From positions 4,907-68,906 of the forward strand of contig CALHLD010000014.1 of the NCBI GenBank assembly GCA_938034445.1: a stretch of DNA of 64,000 nucleotides. Reading direction: 5' to 3'. Made by a program: the position numbers and the translations under genes. Source of the DNA: an uncultured archaeon (GTDB lineage Archaea > Thermoproteota > Nitrososphaeria > JACIWG01). Positions 9,837-18,394 of the stretch are shown piece after piece (position 1 is the first letter of the stretch; each line of letters starts with the position of its first letter). A model generated the notes under the pieces. The model was not told where the DNA came from. It worked only from the letters and a program-made list of their open reading frames with translations, and ran no database searches.

Positions 9837-10268
9837 TTAACCACTTGTTTGCCTTTTTCTTATGCTATTTTCAACATCCTCTCTTAACTTTTGAATGACT
9901 AATGCTGTTTGCTGTTTTTGCTGATTTATATCATTCAATATACGCTTAATTTCCTCTTTTTTTCCATGAATAAATGCTAGTGCATCATTTAATCTTTTTT
10001 CCATAACCACATTGGCTCCAATATTAACCAGAACTTTGTCTGTTGCATTTATACAACCTGCTATGTACATGCCCCCACCAATATAGACTAATGTTTCAAA
10101 ACCCTTTCTCTTAGACAGTTCATTAATGGTCTCTTCAGCATTTTCAATATCATTGTAACTTGAAACTAGCAAATTTTCTCTTGCAAGTAAATCTTGGAAA
10201 TAATCTTCCAAATACTTTAACTGTACCACTTTTATCTGCAATTCTTGTTCAAGATCTTTTTCTGCCAT
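9837..10268 (-). CDS. pfdA: Prefoldin alpha subunit
   Basis: 143 aa. Coiled-coil termini flanking a central double beta-hairpin (ETLVYIGGGMYIAGCIN...VLVNIGANVVMEK). Length fits the alpha class. Confidence 0.8.
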   Translation of the reverse strand: MAEKDLEQELQIKVVQLKYLEDYFQDLLARENLLVSSYNDIENAEETINELSKRKGFETLVYIGGGMYIAGCINATDKVLVNIGANVVMEKRLNDALAFIHGKKEEIKRILNDINQQKQQTALVIQKLREDVENSIRKRQTSG

Positions 10269-10362
10269 CTTTGATGCACAATTTCAGCCTAACATTGTTT
10301 GGGTTAAAAGTGTTTTGTATTAACAATGCTTTAATGTTTACCTTTTTATATTGTAATAACTT

Positions 10363-11037
10363 TTATTTAAAGGCCATTGAGAGCGTCATAAGCTCTGTTC
10401 CGTTAGTGAGATTTCCTACAACAATTCCTTTCGAATTACCTATGATGCCTGATGAAACAAATGGTACTCCGTCGTTTACTGTGCAATGCGTTACCTCTGT
10501 TTTCAGAATTGACCTTATCTTCTCTACCTCTTTATCTGAAGTAAGTGGATGTACTATTGTTCCAACGTTTGTTGCAAAAATCAACGAACCTACTGTACTA
10601 TATCCTGCAATATTCATTCTTTCTGTTGGAACATCAAGTATGTCTTGGATCACTCTTATTTGTGCTGAGGAAAATAAGTTTGAAGCTATTGCTCCTTTAT
10701 CATTTACAGAAATTAAATTTCCAACAGCGGTATAATTTGATGGAAAACGTTCTACAGGTAATCCTGTTTCATTTTTCAAATTTTTTAATTCTTCTTCTTC
10801 GATATATTTTGAAACAAGAATTCCATTGCTATTCATTGCAACTAAAGGTCCTAAAAGTCTTAATCCTGACACAGATGTTCGTATGTATGGTATTTTAAGA
10901 TAATTGGATAGCTTTTCTGCTTTTGTTGGTGCAATGTTTTTAGGAACCAAGACAAATTTTTCATTACACTTCAAAAATATTCCGATGTTACAAGATCTGA
11001 ATAAAGTAAACATGTTTATTTCCATTTTAACCAACAA
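10363..11037 (-). CDS. eif6: Translation initiation factor 6 (aIF6)
   Basis: 224 aa. Pentameric pseudo-repeat of IGxF/IGNLxxxND-like segments typical of eIF6. Confidence 0.8.
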   Translation of the reverse strand: MLVKMEINMFTLFRSCNIGIFLKCNEKFVLVPKNIAPTKAEKLSNYLKIPYIRTSVSGLRLLGPLVAMNSNGILVSKYIEEEELKNLKNETGLPVERFPSNYTAVGNLISVNDKGAIASNLFSSAQIRVIQDILDVPTERMNIAGYSTVGSLIFATNVGTIVHPLTSDKEVEKIRSILKTEVTHCTVNDGVPFVSSGIIGNSKGIVVGNLTNGTELMTLSMAFK

Positions 11038-11040
11038 CCA

Positions 11041-11334
11041 TTATAGCTCAAGTTTTATTCCAGTGACTTTTTCTATTAATTTCACTACATCCTCTAACTG
11101 ACTTTCCTTATATTCTTTTTTGGGTGACTGCACTGTTATGATTAGAGGCTTTGCTTTTTCAGAAATATGCTTGCTGATAAGGTCTTCCATCCATGAAGCT
11201 ATCTCCCTTTCAACTATAAGAAGTGTTGCGTCCTCCCTTTCTATTAGCTCATTAAGTATTCTTCTTGCATCCTCTTGCGTTTTAGGTACAAAAGTTTTTT
11301 CAGCACCTACCACATTAAAAAATTCTGTTACCAT
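11041..11334 (-). CDS. atpF: A/V-type ATP synthase subunit F-like
   Basis: 97 aa, acidic. TLLIVEREIAS...PLIITVQSPKK resembles the V-ATPase F subunit core (gIIlITErlae...PvIveIP). Too acidic to be L31e. Confidence 0.55.
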   Translation of the reverse strand: MVTEFFNVVGAEKTFVPKTQEDARRILNELIEREDATLLIVEREIASWMEDLISKHISEKAKPLIITVQSPKKEYKESQLEDVVKLIEKVTGIKLEL

Positions 11335-11370
11335 TTCATCCCCTATAACATAGACTTTTCCTATATCTAA

Positions 11371-12015
11371 TCACCTTGTCCTTTCAAATACTTTTTCATT
11401 AAGTACCCTTTTTATTAAATCCTCATCTTTTGCAACTAGTTCCCTAAATGAGCAGTTTACTTTTAATTTTCCATCAAGTGCCTCTATAATAGCCCCCTCA
11501 TCAATATTATCATCGTTTTTAAAACTTATCTTCATTTTAATTCCATCCGCTTTTAACTTTTCCTTTAATTCCCTTTTATCCACCAACTTGCTTGTCTTAT
11601 TACTAACTCTTATATTACATTTTTCCACATTTAATACTTTTAGAGTTCTATAAAGGTGCCAGAAGAAAATTTCTTTACTAATATTTGAATATGTTTGTTC
11701 ATAAACTTCTTCTAAAAACCTATTTATAATATAATGGAATGCTTCCTCTTTTTCTTTAAGTAGTATCCATTTAGCGTTCAGTTCTGCCTCCGATACTTTT
11801 TTTCTTAATATAAGGTCAGCCTTTCTCTTTGCATCTTCGATTATCTTTTCTGCTTCTTCTTCACCTTTATTTTCTGCTTCTCTTCTATATTTTTCCAAAG
11901 TTTTTTCATATTCAACCTTTGCTTCCTCTATAATCTTTTTCTTTTTCATCTCATATTCTTTTTCTAAATTTTCTAAAAGAATCTCTAAGTTTATAATTTT
12001 ATTCATTCCCTCCAC
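11371..12015 (-). CDS. atpE: A/V-type ATP synthase subunit E
   Basis: 214 aa. Long N-terminal coiled coil. C-terminal globular domain EGAIIEALDGKLKVNCSFRELV...VLNEKVF aligns to GGVIVETEDGRIRIDNTFEARL...VLF of archaeal subunit E. Confidence 0.75.
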   Translation of the reverse strand: MEGMNKIINLEILLENLEKEYEMKKKKIIEEAKVEYEKTLEKYRREAENKGEEEAEKIIEDAKRKADLILRKKVSEAELNAKWILLKEKEEAFHYIINRFLEEVYEQTYSNISKEIFFWHLYRTLKVLNVEKCNIRVSNKTSKLVDKRELKEKLKADGIKMKISFKNDDNIDEGAIIEALDGKLKVNCSFRELVAKDEDLIKRVLNEKVFERTR

Positions 12016-12341
12016 CTCGCTAAAAGCGTTTCCAGAATTTCTTTTATCGCGTCCTTTTCATAAACTTTTATATTCTCTTTTATCTTTTCCCTTTCCTCTT
12101 CTGCCTTACGCATTATTTTTTTATGTTCCTCTTCCCCTCTTTTTTCAGCCTCTAGTATGATTTTTTTTGCCTCCTCCTTTCCTGCCTCTATCTTCTTTTT
12201 TACAATTTCTTCGTAAACCTTTTTTCCATCAATTTCAGCCATTTTTTTTATCTTTTCTGCTTCCTTTATTATCTCTTCTACTTCTATCTTTTTTCTATTT
12301 TCTAATTCTATAATGGCTTTAAATGCTTTTTTTTCCATCAT
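12003..12341 (-). CDS. atpH: A/V-type ATP synthase subunit H-like (peripheral stalk coiled-coil protein)
   Basis: 112 aa, entirely K/E-rich coiled coil. Sits immediately upstream of atpE, overlapping its start, as atpH does in archaeal operons. Confidence 0.5.
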   Translation of the reverse strand: MMEKKAFKAIIELENRKKIEVEEIIKEAEKIKKMAEIDGKKVYEEIVKKKIEAGKEEAKKIILEAEKRGEEEHKKIMRKAEEEREKIKENIKVYEKDAIKEILETLLARWRE

Positions 12342-12796
12342 TATATCACCTCATTAGATGAATATATTCTTCCACAGTATCTGCATCTAAGTAGTGGAGG
12401 CTCCTTTGAAGTTAAATAAAATTTTGTTTCTATAGGCTCATTGGAATTTGTTATGCAATTTGGATTAGGGCACTTAAATAGTCCTATGAACTCTTCTGGC
12501 AATTCTAAAGGTCTCTTTTCAATAACTTCATATTCCTTAATAATATTTACTGTAGCATGTGGTGTAATTAACGAAATTTTATTTGTAATCTCAGGAGATA
12601 GGTATGTGTTCTCGATCTTAATAATGTCTTTTCTACCATACTTTCTACTAGGCACGTTCATGGCAACAGTTATAGTTTTTCCCTCTGAACCACTAACACC
12701 TAATATTGAAAGTACTTGAAGTGCCTTTCCTGCAACTATATGGTCTATAACCGTCCCATTTCTTATCTTCTGTACTAATAGTTCTTTTTCAGTCAT
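12341..12796 (-). CDS. pyrI: Aspartate carbamoyltransferase regulatory subunit
   Basis: IRNGTVIDHIVAGKALQVL allosteric domain. C-terminal zinc domain CPNPNC...CRYC. Start taken at MTEKEL (the track ORF extends 10 codons further upstream). Stop overlaps atpH start (TAATG). Confidence 0.88.
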   Translation of the reverse strand: MTEKELLVQKIRNGTVIDHIVAGKALQVLSILGVSGSEGKTITVAMNVPSRKYGRKDIIKIENTYLSPEITNKISLITPHATVNIIKEYEVIEKRPLELPEEFIGLFKCPNPNCITNSNEPIETKFYLTSKEPPLLRCRYCGRIYSSNEVI

Positions 12797-12870
12797 AACA
12801 TCGATCACTCCTATCAACCTACACATATATTTTTATTTTAAAGGTTTATATGTTATAAGGGTGCTAAATA

Positions 12871-13797
12871 ATGAACCCCTTTAAAAATAGGGATATCGTT
12901 TCCATAAAAGATTTCTCTAGAAACGATTTTCTCTTCCTGTTTGATTCAGCTAATAGGATAGAAAGTTTACAGGAAAAAGAACGTAACCATATTCTTGAAG
13001 GAAAAATACTTGGTTATCTATTTTTTGAACCAAGTACCAGAACCCGATTAAGTTTTGAGGCTGCAATGCTATGGCTTGGTGGACGATGCTTAGGTTTTGC
13101 GGAACCGAAAGTTTCATCAGTAGAAAAAGGAGAAAATTTAGCTGACACAATAAGAACTGTAGAAAATTATGTTGACATTATCGTCATGCGCCATTATAAG
13201 GATGGTGCAGCTAAATTTGCAGCTGAAATTTCGAATAAGCCTATAATAAATGGTGGTAGTGGTACAGAAGAACATCCTACGCAAGCGATGACGGACCTTT
13301 ACACGATAGTTAAAGAAAAGGGTGGAATTGATGGATTAAGGGTAGGAATCTTAGGTGATTTAAAATACGGTCGTACAGTATATTCACTTTTATATGCTCT
13401 CTCACAATTTAATGTTAAAGTGGATCTCATATCTCATCCAATGTTAAGAGTTAGAAGGGAAGTTTTCTTTGATCTAGAAAAGAAGATAGAACTTTCTGAG
13501 CATGAAAACGTGGAAGAAGTTTTACCTGAACTTGACGTTCTGTATGTGACAAGAGTGCAGAAAGAACGTTTTCCAGACCCAGCTGAATATGAGAAAGTAA
13601 AGAGCTCCTATATAGTAAATTTAAAACTTTTAGAGAAGGCAAAAAAGGATCTCATAATATTACATCCTCTACCCAGAATAGACGAAATCTCTTATGATGT
13701 TGATAATTCAAAATATGCAAAATATTTTAAACAGACATTATATGGTAAAATATTACGTTCAGCCCTTTTAGCACTTATATTGGATGCAGATTTCTAA
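12871..13797 (+). CDS. pyrB: Aspartate carbamoyltransferase catalytic subunit
   Basis: 308 aa. STRTR motif and HPLPR (aspartate-type) motif. Divergent from pyrI. Confidence 0.9.
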   Translation: MNPFKNRDIVSIKDFSRNDFLFLFDSANRIESLQEKERNHILEGKILGYLFFEPSTRTRLSFEAAMLWLGGRCLGFAEPKVSSVEKGENLADTIRTVENYVDIIVMRHYKDGAAKFAAEISNKPIINGGSGTEEHPTQAMTDLYTIVKEKGGIDGLRVGILGDLKYGRTVYSLLYALSQFNVKVDLISHPMLRVRREVFFDLEKKIELSEHENVEEVLPELDVLYVTRVQKERFPDPAEYEKVKSSYIVNLKLLEKAKKDLIILHPLPRIDEISYDVDNSKYAKYFKQTLYGKILRSALLALILDADF

Positions 13798-13868
13798 CAA
13801 AAATAATAATCTAGTTAACTTTAAAGCAATAGAAACATAAATATACATCAAAAATTAATGAAAAGTTG

Positions 13869-13930
13869 GTGATGACACTAATCTGCACAGAGGGTTGGAC
13901 ACGCCCTATGAAGAAATGCATCTCACCTGA
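13869..13930 (+). ncRNA. Candidate C/D-box sRNA (2'-O-methylation guide)
   Basis: C box GTGATGA at 13869-13875. 12-nt guide, then CAGA (D'-like) at 13888-13891. GC stem-capable spacer. UGAAGA (C'-like) at 13909-13914. 12-nt guide AATGCATCTCAC, then D box CTGA at 13927-13930. Lies in the intergenic region upstream of tRNA-Leu. Confidence 0.35.
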
Positions 13931-14119
13931 AATTAAGTATACAAACATAATGAATAGATTTTAACACTAATCCTTCTCTACAAGCTAACATTATAAATTA
14001 AACCTTTTATAAGGACCTATTCTTTTAAATTTTATTGCAATAATAAAATTTAAAAGTATTGTTTTCTCCATTTAGAAAACTTTAAATCACAAACATTAAA
14101 ACTCAATAAAACGAGGACT

Positions 14120-14204
14120 GCAGGGGTTGCCAAGCCAGGTCAAAGGCGCAGGGCTTAGAACCCTGTCCCGTAGGGGTTCGTGGGTTCAAATCCCACCCCC
14201 TGCA
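14120..14204 (+). tRNA. tRNA-Leu (anticodon TAG), type II with long variable arm
   Basis: Cloverleaf folded by hand: acceptor GCAGGGG/CCCCTGC, anticodon stem CAGGG/CCCTG with loop CTTAGAA, variable arm CCC-GTA-GGG, T arm GTGGG-TTCAAAT-CCCAC, discriminator A. Confidence 0.88.
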
Positions 14205-14538
14205 TTTTATCCCTTTTTTCATGTGCGTCTTCTTCATATTGTCAGATAATGGTTTAATATTATGTTATAATCACAGTAATTTTTGTTTTGAATAAAAAAT
14301 TTGTATGTTAATATGATTTTATATTGACATTTTGCCAATATTTGTTTTGTAAAGTTTGGTTTGGTTTGCAGATTGTTTATGTAGAATCTTTTTGGTTATC
14401 AGAAAGTTTGATTTTTGCAGATAAAATTTATTTATGGAAATATTTGGCGCTGTTTCAGCGGTTTGAATATGGTCTATAGTACTTGTATCCAACTAAGGTA
14501 TTGGCCAGTTGATCTTGTAGATATGAAGGTGATTCATA

Positions 14539-16320
14539 TTGCTTATTAGGCAGAATGATATTACAATTCAAGGGTTTAAAGATTTATTTTTTAAAATTAT
14601 TAGGCTTAAAGAGAATGCTGGTTTGAAGGCGATATTAGATAACCCTCCTGACCTTTTTGAACGTGCTAAATTATATGGTATACGTTTCAAAAATGGTTCA
14701 TGGGGGTGGGCTTCAAACATATGGCATAGGTCTGCTAATGGAACTGTTGTTGTAGAAGATGATAGTGAACTTTTGCCTGAATACAAGTTTTTGATGATGA
14801 GGGTTTTAGAACATATTCTAGCTCAAGGTCCATTGATCCAAGTTGATTGTTATCTTGGTTCTGAAGGTTCTCCGGTAAGAATGCATGCAAGATTATATTG
14901 TGATCCACAGTTTCCAGATATTGCCTACCGCTGGTCTCAAATAAATTTTCCTGCACCTTCAAATGAGGAACCAGATGTAATGTTATTTGAAGTTCCACAT
15001 TATCTAGGAAATCCTAATATTCCAGGAACAAACCAAATGTTGAGGGTATTACGTTTTCCATATCACAATTATACAATAGTTACTTGCAGTTCCTATCAAG
15101 GTGAGGTTAAGAAAGGTTTTCTCTCGCACTGGATCTATTTTGTTTATAAAAAAGGTGGATGTGGTGAGCATGCTGCTTTAAGAGAGTTCAATGTAAAAAC
15201 TGTCGAAGGAAAAGTTAAGAGAATAATTATGTGCGTGTGGGGTTTGACAGGTACGGGGAAATCCACTCATGGCATGTATGTTTTTGGTGAGCATAATAAA
15301 CATCTGTTCATAAAACAGTTTGGTGTAGATCCGACATTATATGTGTCTGAGCAGGTGATAAGGAATGATGATGTGGTTGCAATTTTTGAGGATAGAGTTT
15401 ATGGTTCTGAAAGAGGTTCGTGGACAAAAACTGAGGATGTAAATGAATATCAACTTCCAATATTAAAGGCTGCAATGTCCCCTAAAGCTTTACATGAAAA
15501 CACGGAATTTGATGCTGAAGGTAACCCATGTTTAGATGGAAAACTTTTCCAATACTGTGGCTCCCCTAACAAAAATGCTAGAAGTGTGTTTGATTTAGCT
15601 GATACAGGATACTTTGACGGTAAAATTGACTCTAGTGGGCCATTAAATACAATTGTATTTATTAGCCCAGGTAATCTTTGTGATTATGCTTGGGTTAAAA
15701 TTGAAGATATAGCTTTTGCTGCAAAGGTTCTAGCTGATGGGCGTACAGTAGGGCATCCAGCACAATCCCTTTCAGTAGTAGGAAAGGAAATTTATGAGAC
15801 AAGATATTGTCTGCCATTTACCATGGGTGTTAAAAGTACAATGCATGTGATAAGATTTTACGAAATTTTAAAGAAGTTTAGAGAAAAGGGCCACCATTTT
15901 GAAATATATATGTTAAACACTGTAGGTAGAATTGGTGCAAGGTACGAATGGGTTGAAGAAAGGTTAGGTGAAAAGACTTTTAAGATGCCAGTTACAAAAC
16001 TTGAATTAAATTCTAACGGTATTCCTAAGCCTATAGGAGGCACAAGTCCAACAATAGAGGAAACAGAACTTTTTCTCCTTCAAGCAGTTAGAGGCGCAGT
16101 TAAATACGACTTACACCCTATTTGGGGAAATAAGGTTCTTGTTCCTGTAAAGGTTGAAGGTCTTTCTGGAGAAAGGTTAAAAGAATTGAATCCTCTATCT
16201 TATCGCACTTTAAATGAACTAGAAGAACTTGTCAAAGCTCAAATCATAAAAAGTAAATATTTCTTGAATGTACAATGTCCAGGATTGCCCGAAGAAATAT
16301 TGAATTCAATGGACTTCTAG
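14539..16320 (+). CDS. pckA: Phosphoenolpyruvate carboxykinase (ATP)-type, divergent
   Basis: 593 aa. Kinase-1a P-loop GLTGTGKSTHG (cf GLSGTGKTTLS). SSYQGEVKKGF (cf GGTSYAGEMKKG). ERGSWTKTEDV (cf EGGCYAKTIKL). NARSVFDL (cf NTRVSYPI). IYMLNTVGRIGARY (cf AYLVNTGWNGTGKR). TTG start. Confidence 0.7.
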   Translation: MLIRQNDITIQGFKDLFFKIIRLKENAGLKAILDNPPDLFERAKLYGIRFKNGSWGWASNIWHRSANGTVVVEDDSELLPEYKFLMMRVLEHILAQGPLIQVDCYLGSEGSPVRMHARLYCDPQFPDIAYRWSQINFPAPSNEEPDVMLFEVPHYLGNPNIPGTNQMLRVLRFPYHNYTIVTCSSYQGEVKKGFLSHWIYFVYKKGGCGEHAALREFNVKTVEGKVKRIIMCVWGLTGTGKSTHGMYVFGEHNKHLFIKQFGVDPTLYVSEQVIRNDDVVAIFEDRVYGSERGSWTKTEDVNEYQLPILKAAMSPKALHENTEFDAEGNPCLDGKLFQYCGSPNKNARSVFDLADTGYFDGKIDSSGPLNTIVFISPGNLCDYAWVKIEDIAFAAKVLADGRTVGHPAQSLSVVGKEIYETRYCLPFTMGVKSTMHVIRFYEILKKFREKGHHFEIYMLNTVGRIGARYEWVEERLGEKTFKMPVTKLELNSNGIPKPIGGTSPTIEETELFLLQAVRGAVKYDLHPIWGNKVLVPVKVEGLSGERLKELNPLSYRTLNELEELVKAQIIKSKYFLNVQCPGLPEEILNSMDF

Positions 16321-16378
16321 TAACTCTCTTTAATTAACTTTAACTATAAATCTATAATTTGAACATCTTATTGTTGTC

Positions 16379-17509
16379 ATGAACTATCTAGTTGAAGAAA
16401 AATTTGAATTGGGTCCACTTGTAACATTTGTTCCTAACAAGAAGTATCCTGTTTATAATTGGTTCCATTTTAAGGAAGGTTTTTCAAGAAATTTTGTTAT
16501 GATGATGTTTGATCAGTTTAAATTGAAAGAAGGTAGTTGGGTTCTTGATCCATTTTGTGGTTCTGGAACTACTCTTTTAGCCTCTAAAGAGAGGGGCATA
16601 AACTCTGTTGGTGTAGATGTTATGCCTTTAGCTGTATTTGTATCACAGGTTAAAACGCTGGACTACGATGTCGATTGTTTGAAAAGTGTAGCAAGAGACA
16701 TCTTTAGTCGAAAATTTGTCCCTCTTTCCTTGAAGGGTTTAAGTCCATTAGTTAAGCAAGCGTTCACAAAATTCGCTCTTGAGGACATACTATTCTTTAA
16801 ACAAGTTATAAGTGAAATACGAGATCCAGTGGTAAAAAATTTTTTCACTTTAGCTCTTATTACAGCCTCAAACAAGGTTTCAATGGCATACAAAGATGGT
16901 TCTGTTATAAAAATTAGAAAAAGGAACCATATTCCTCCCCTTAGGCCTATCTTTAAAAGGATTGTTAAAAAGATGCTTAATGATCTTAAAACATTTCAAA
17001 CAAAAAAGTCGACAATCAAAGTTTATCTAGGCGACGCTCGGCATCTAAATTTCTTAGAAGACTCCACATTCGATGCAATTATAACTTCTCCACCATACTT
17101 AAACATAATAGATTATATAAAAGTTTATGCGATTGAAAATGAACTTTTTTTTGGTCAAACAAAATATGATGGCTTAAGATCCTATATTGGGTTAGATGTT
17201 GAAAAAGATTATAGTGAATTCGATTATCTTGACATTCCGCCTATAGGCAAAGCATATTTTAGGGATATGAAAGATGTTTTGTCAGAAATGCATAGAGTTC
17301 TCTCTCCTAATGGAGATGCTGTGATCGTTGTCGGTGAAGGAGTATTTCCAAATAAAATTGTACCCGTCCCATTTATCTTATCGGATATTGCAAAAAGTAT
17401 TGGATTTAAAGTTAAAAAGATTGTTCATGCAAATAAGCGAATTGTCACAGATCAAGATAGGAAAAAAATAGGTATCGCTCGAGAAAGTATTGTTTTTTTA
17501 AAAAAATAG
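16379..17509 (+). CDS. SAM-dependent DNA methyltransferase, N4-cytosine/N6-adenine family (SPPY type)
   Basis: 376 aa. Motif I VLDPFCGSGTT near the N-terminus and motif IV ITSPPY about 170 aa downstream (PF01555-like blocks in permuted order). No THUMP or other RNA-binding domain. No adjacent restriction endonuclease. Confidence 0.65.
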   Translation: MNYLVEEKFELGPLVTFVPNKKYPVYNWFHFKEGFSRNFVMMMFDQFKLKEGSWVLDPFCGSGTTLLASKERGINSVGVDVMPLAVFVSQVKTLDYDVDCLKSVARDIFSRKFVPLSLKGLSPLVKQAFTKFALEDILFFKQVISEIRDPVVKNFFTLALITASNKVSMAYKDGSVIKIRKRNHIPPLRPIFKRIVKKMLNDLKTFQTKKSTIKVYLGDARHLNFLEDSTFDAIITSPPYLNIIDYIKVYAIENELFFGQTKYDGLRSYIGLDVEKDYSEFDYLDIPPIGKAYFRDMKDVLSEMHRVLSPNGDAVIVVGEGVFPNKIVPVPFILSDIAKSIGFKVKKIVHANKRIVTDQDRKKIGIARESIVFLKK

Positions 17510-17609
17510 TTATGATAAAGTATAATTTAGTTAATAATTTTTTAATAAAACTTTGAAATTGTAAAAGTAAAGTTAATATATTGGATATAATACTTTGCTG
17601 TGGATTGAT

Positions 17610-18386
17610 ATGGGCTTTGATATCTTTTTAGAAAATGGGCGGTCAATAATACTTGCTTATGATCATGGTATAGAGCACGGTCCTACGGATTTTAATGAAA
17701 AAAGTGTCGACCCCGCTTTTGTAATGGAAATTGCTGAAAAAGGAAAGTTTAATGGGATCGCCTTACAAAAGGGGTTAGCGGAAAAATACTATAATGGAAA
17801 GGTTCCTCTTATACTAAAGCTTAATGGGAAAACGAATATAGTTAAAGGGGATCCAATATCTAGACAAAATTGTTCCGTCGAATATGCTGTAAGCTTGGGC
17901 GCAAAAGCTGTGGGATACACAATATATCCAGGAAGTATTCATGAAAATATAATGTTTCAAGAGTTTGGAAGAATCCAGGAGGAGGCTAGAAAGCACGGTC
18001 TAGCTGTTATTGCATGGGTTTATCCTAGAGGTGAAGCGGTCAAAGATGACACAAGTAAAGAAATGGTTGCATATGCTGCAAGAATAGGTCTCGAACTTGG
18101 AGCTGATGCAGTAAAAATCAAGTACACAGGTGATCCTAGCACGTTCAGGTGGGCTGTAAAGTCGGCTGGAAAAGCTAAGGTTCTGATGTCTGGTGGTCCT
18201 AAGGCTCCAACTGAAGAAGCTTTCTTGCAGCAGGTGAAAGGTGTGTTAGATGCAGGAGGAATCGGTTTAGCTGTTGGAAGGAATGTATGGCAGCATGAAG
18301 AGCCTTTGAAGATGGCTCAAGCTCTAAGGGCTCTGGTTATTGAAGAAAAAAGTTTAGAAGATGTAATTAGAATATTGAAAGGGTAG
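17610..18386 (+). CDS. fba: Fructose-bisphosphate aldolase, archaeal class I (DhnA family)
   Basis: Track ORF starts at a TTG 5 codons upstream of my ATG. RSIILAYDHGIEHGP, YTIYPGS and AVKIKYTGD blocks typical of DhnA-type aldolase. Start set at the first ATG (MGFDIF...). Confidence 0.78.
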   Translation: MGFDIFLENGRSIILAYDHGIEHGPTDFNEKSVDPAFVMEIAEKGKFNGIALQKGLAEKYYNGKVPLILKLNGKTNIVKGDPISRQNCSVEYAVSLGAKAVGYTIYPGSIHENIMFQEFGRIQEEARKHGLAVIAWVYPRGEAVKDDTSKEMVAYAARIGLELGADAVKIKYTGDPSTFRWAVKSAGKAKVLMSGGPKAPTEEAFLQQVKGVLDAGGIGLAVGRNVWQHEEPLKMAQALRALVIEEKSLEDVIRILKG

Positions 18387-18394
18387 ACGCCTTA

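Noticed and set aside
10160-10898. 191-aa and 117-aa plus-strand ORFs
   Set aside because: Antisense to pfdA/aIF6. aIF6 has the conserved pentameric repeat, while the plus-strand translations are Leu/Phe-rich with no motifs.
11041-11334. Possible ribosomal protein L31e (expected next to aIF6 in many archaea)
   Set aside because: L31e is strongly basic. This 97-aa protein is acidic and matches the V-ATPase subunit F core better.
14365-14422. Direct repeat TTTGCAGAT x2 (49-nt spacing) upstream of pckA
   Set aside because: A 9-mer repeated once in a 330-nt AT/GT-rich region is near chance expectation. No palindromic character or positioning relative to a TATA box that would suggest an operator.
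13798-14538. Searched for integrase gene, att-like direct repeat of the tRNA-Leu 3' end, or CRISPR repeats in the long intergenic stretches around tRNA-Leu
   Set aside because: No ORF above 25 aa. No duplicated tRNA 3' segment. No regularly spaced repeats. Only the C/D-box candidate stood out.
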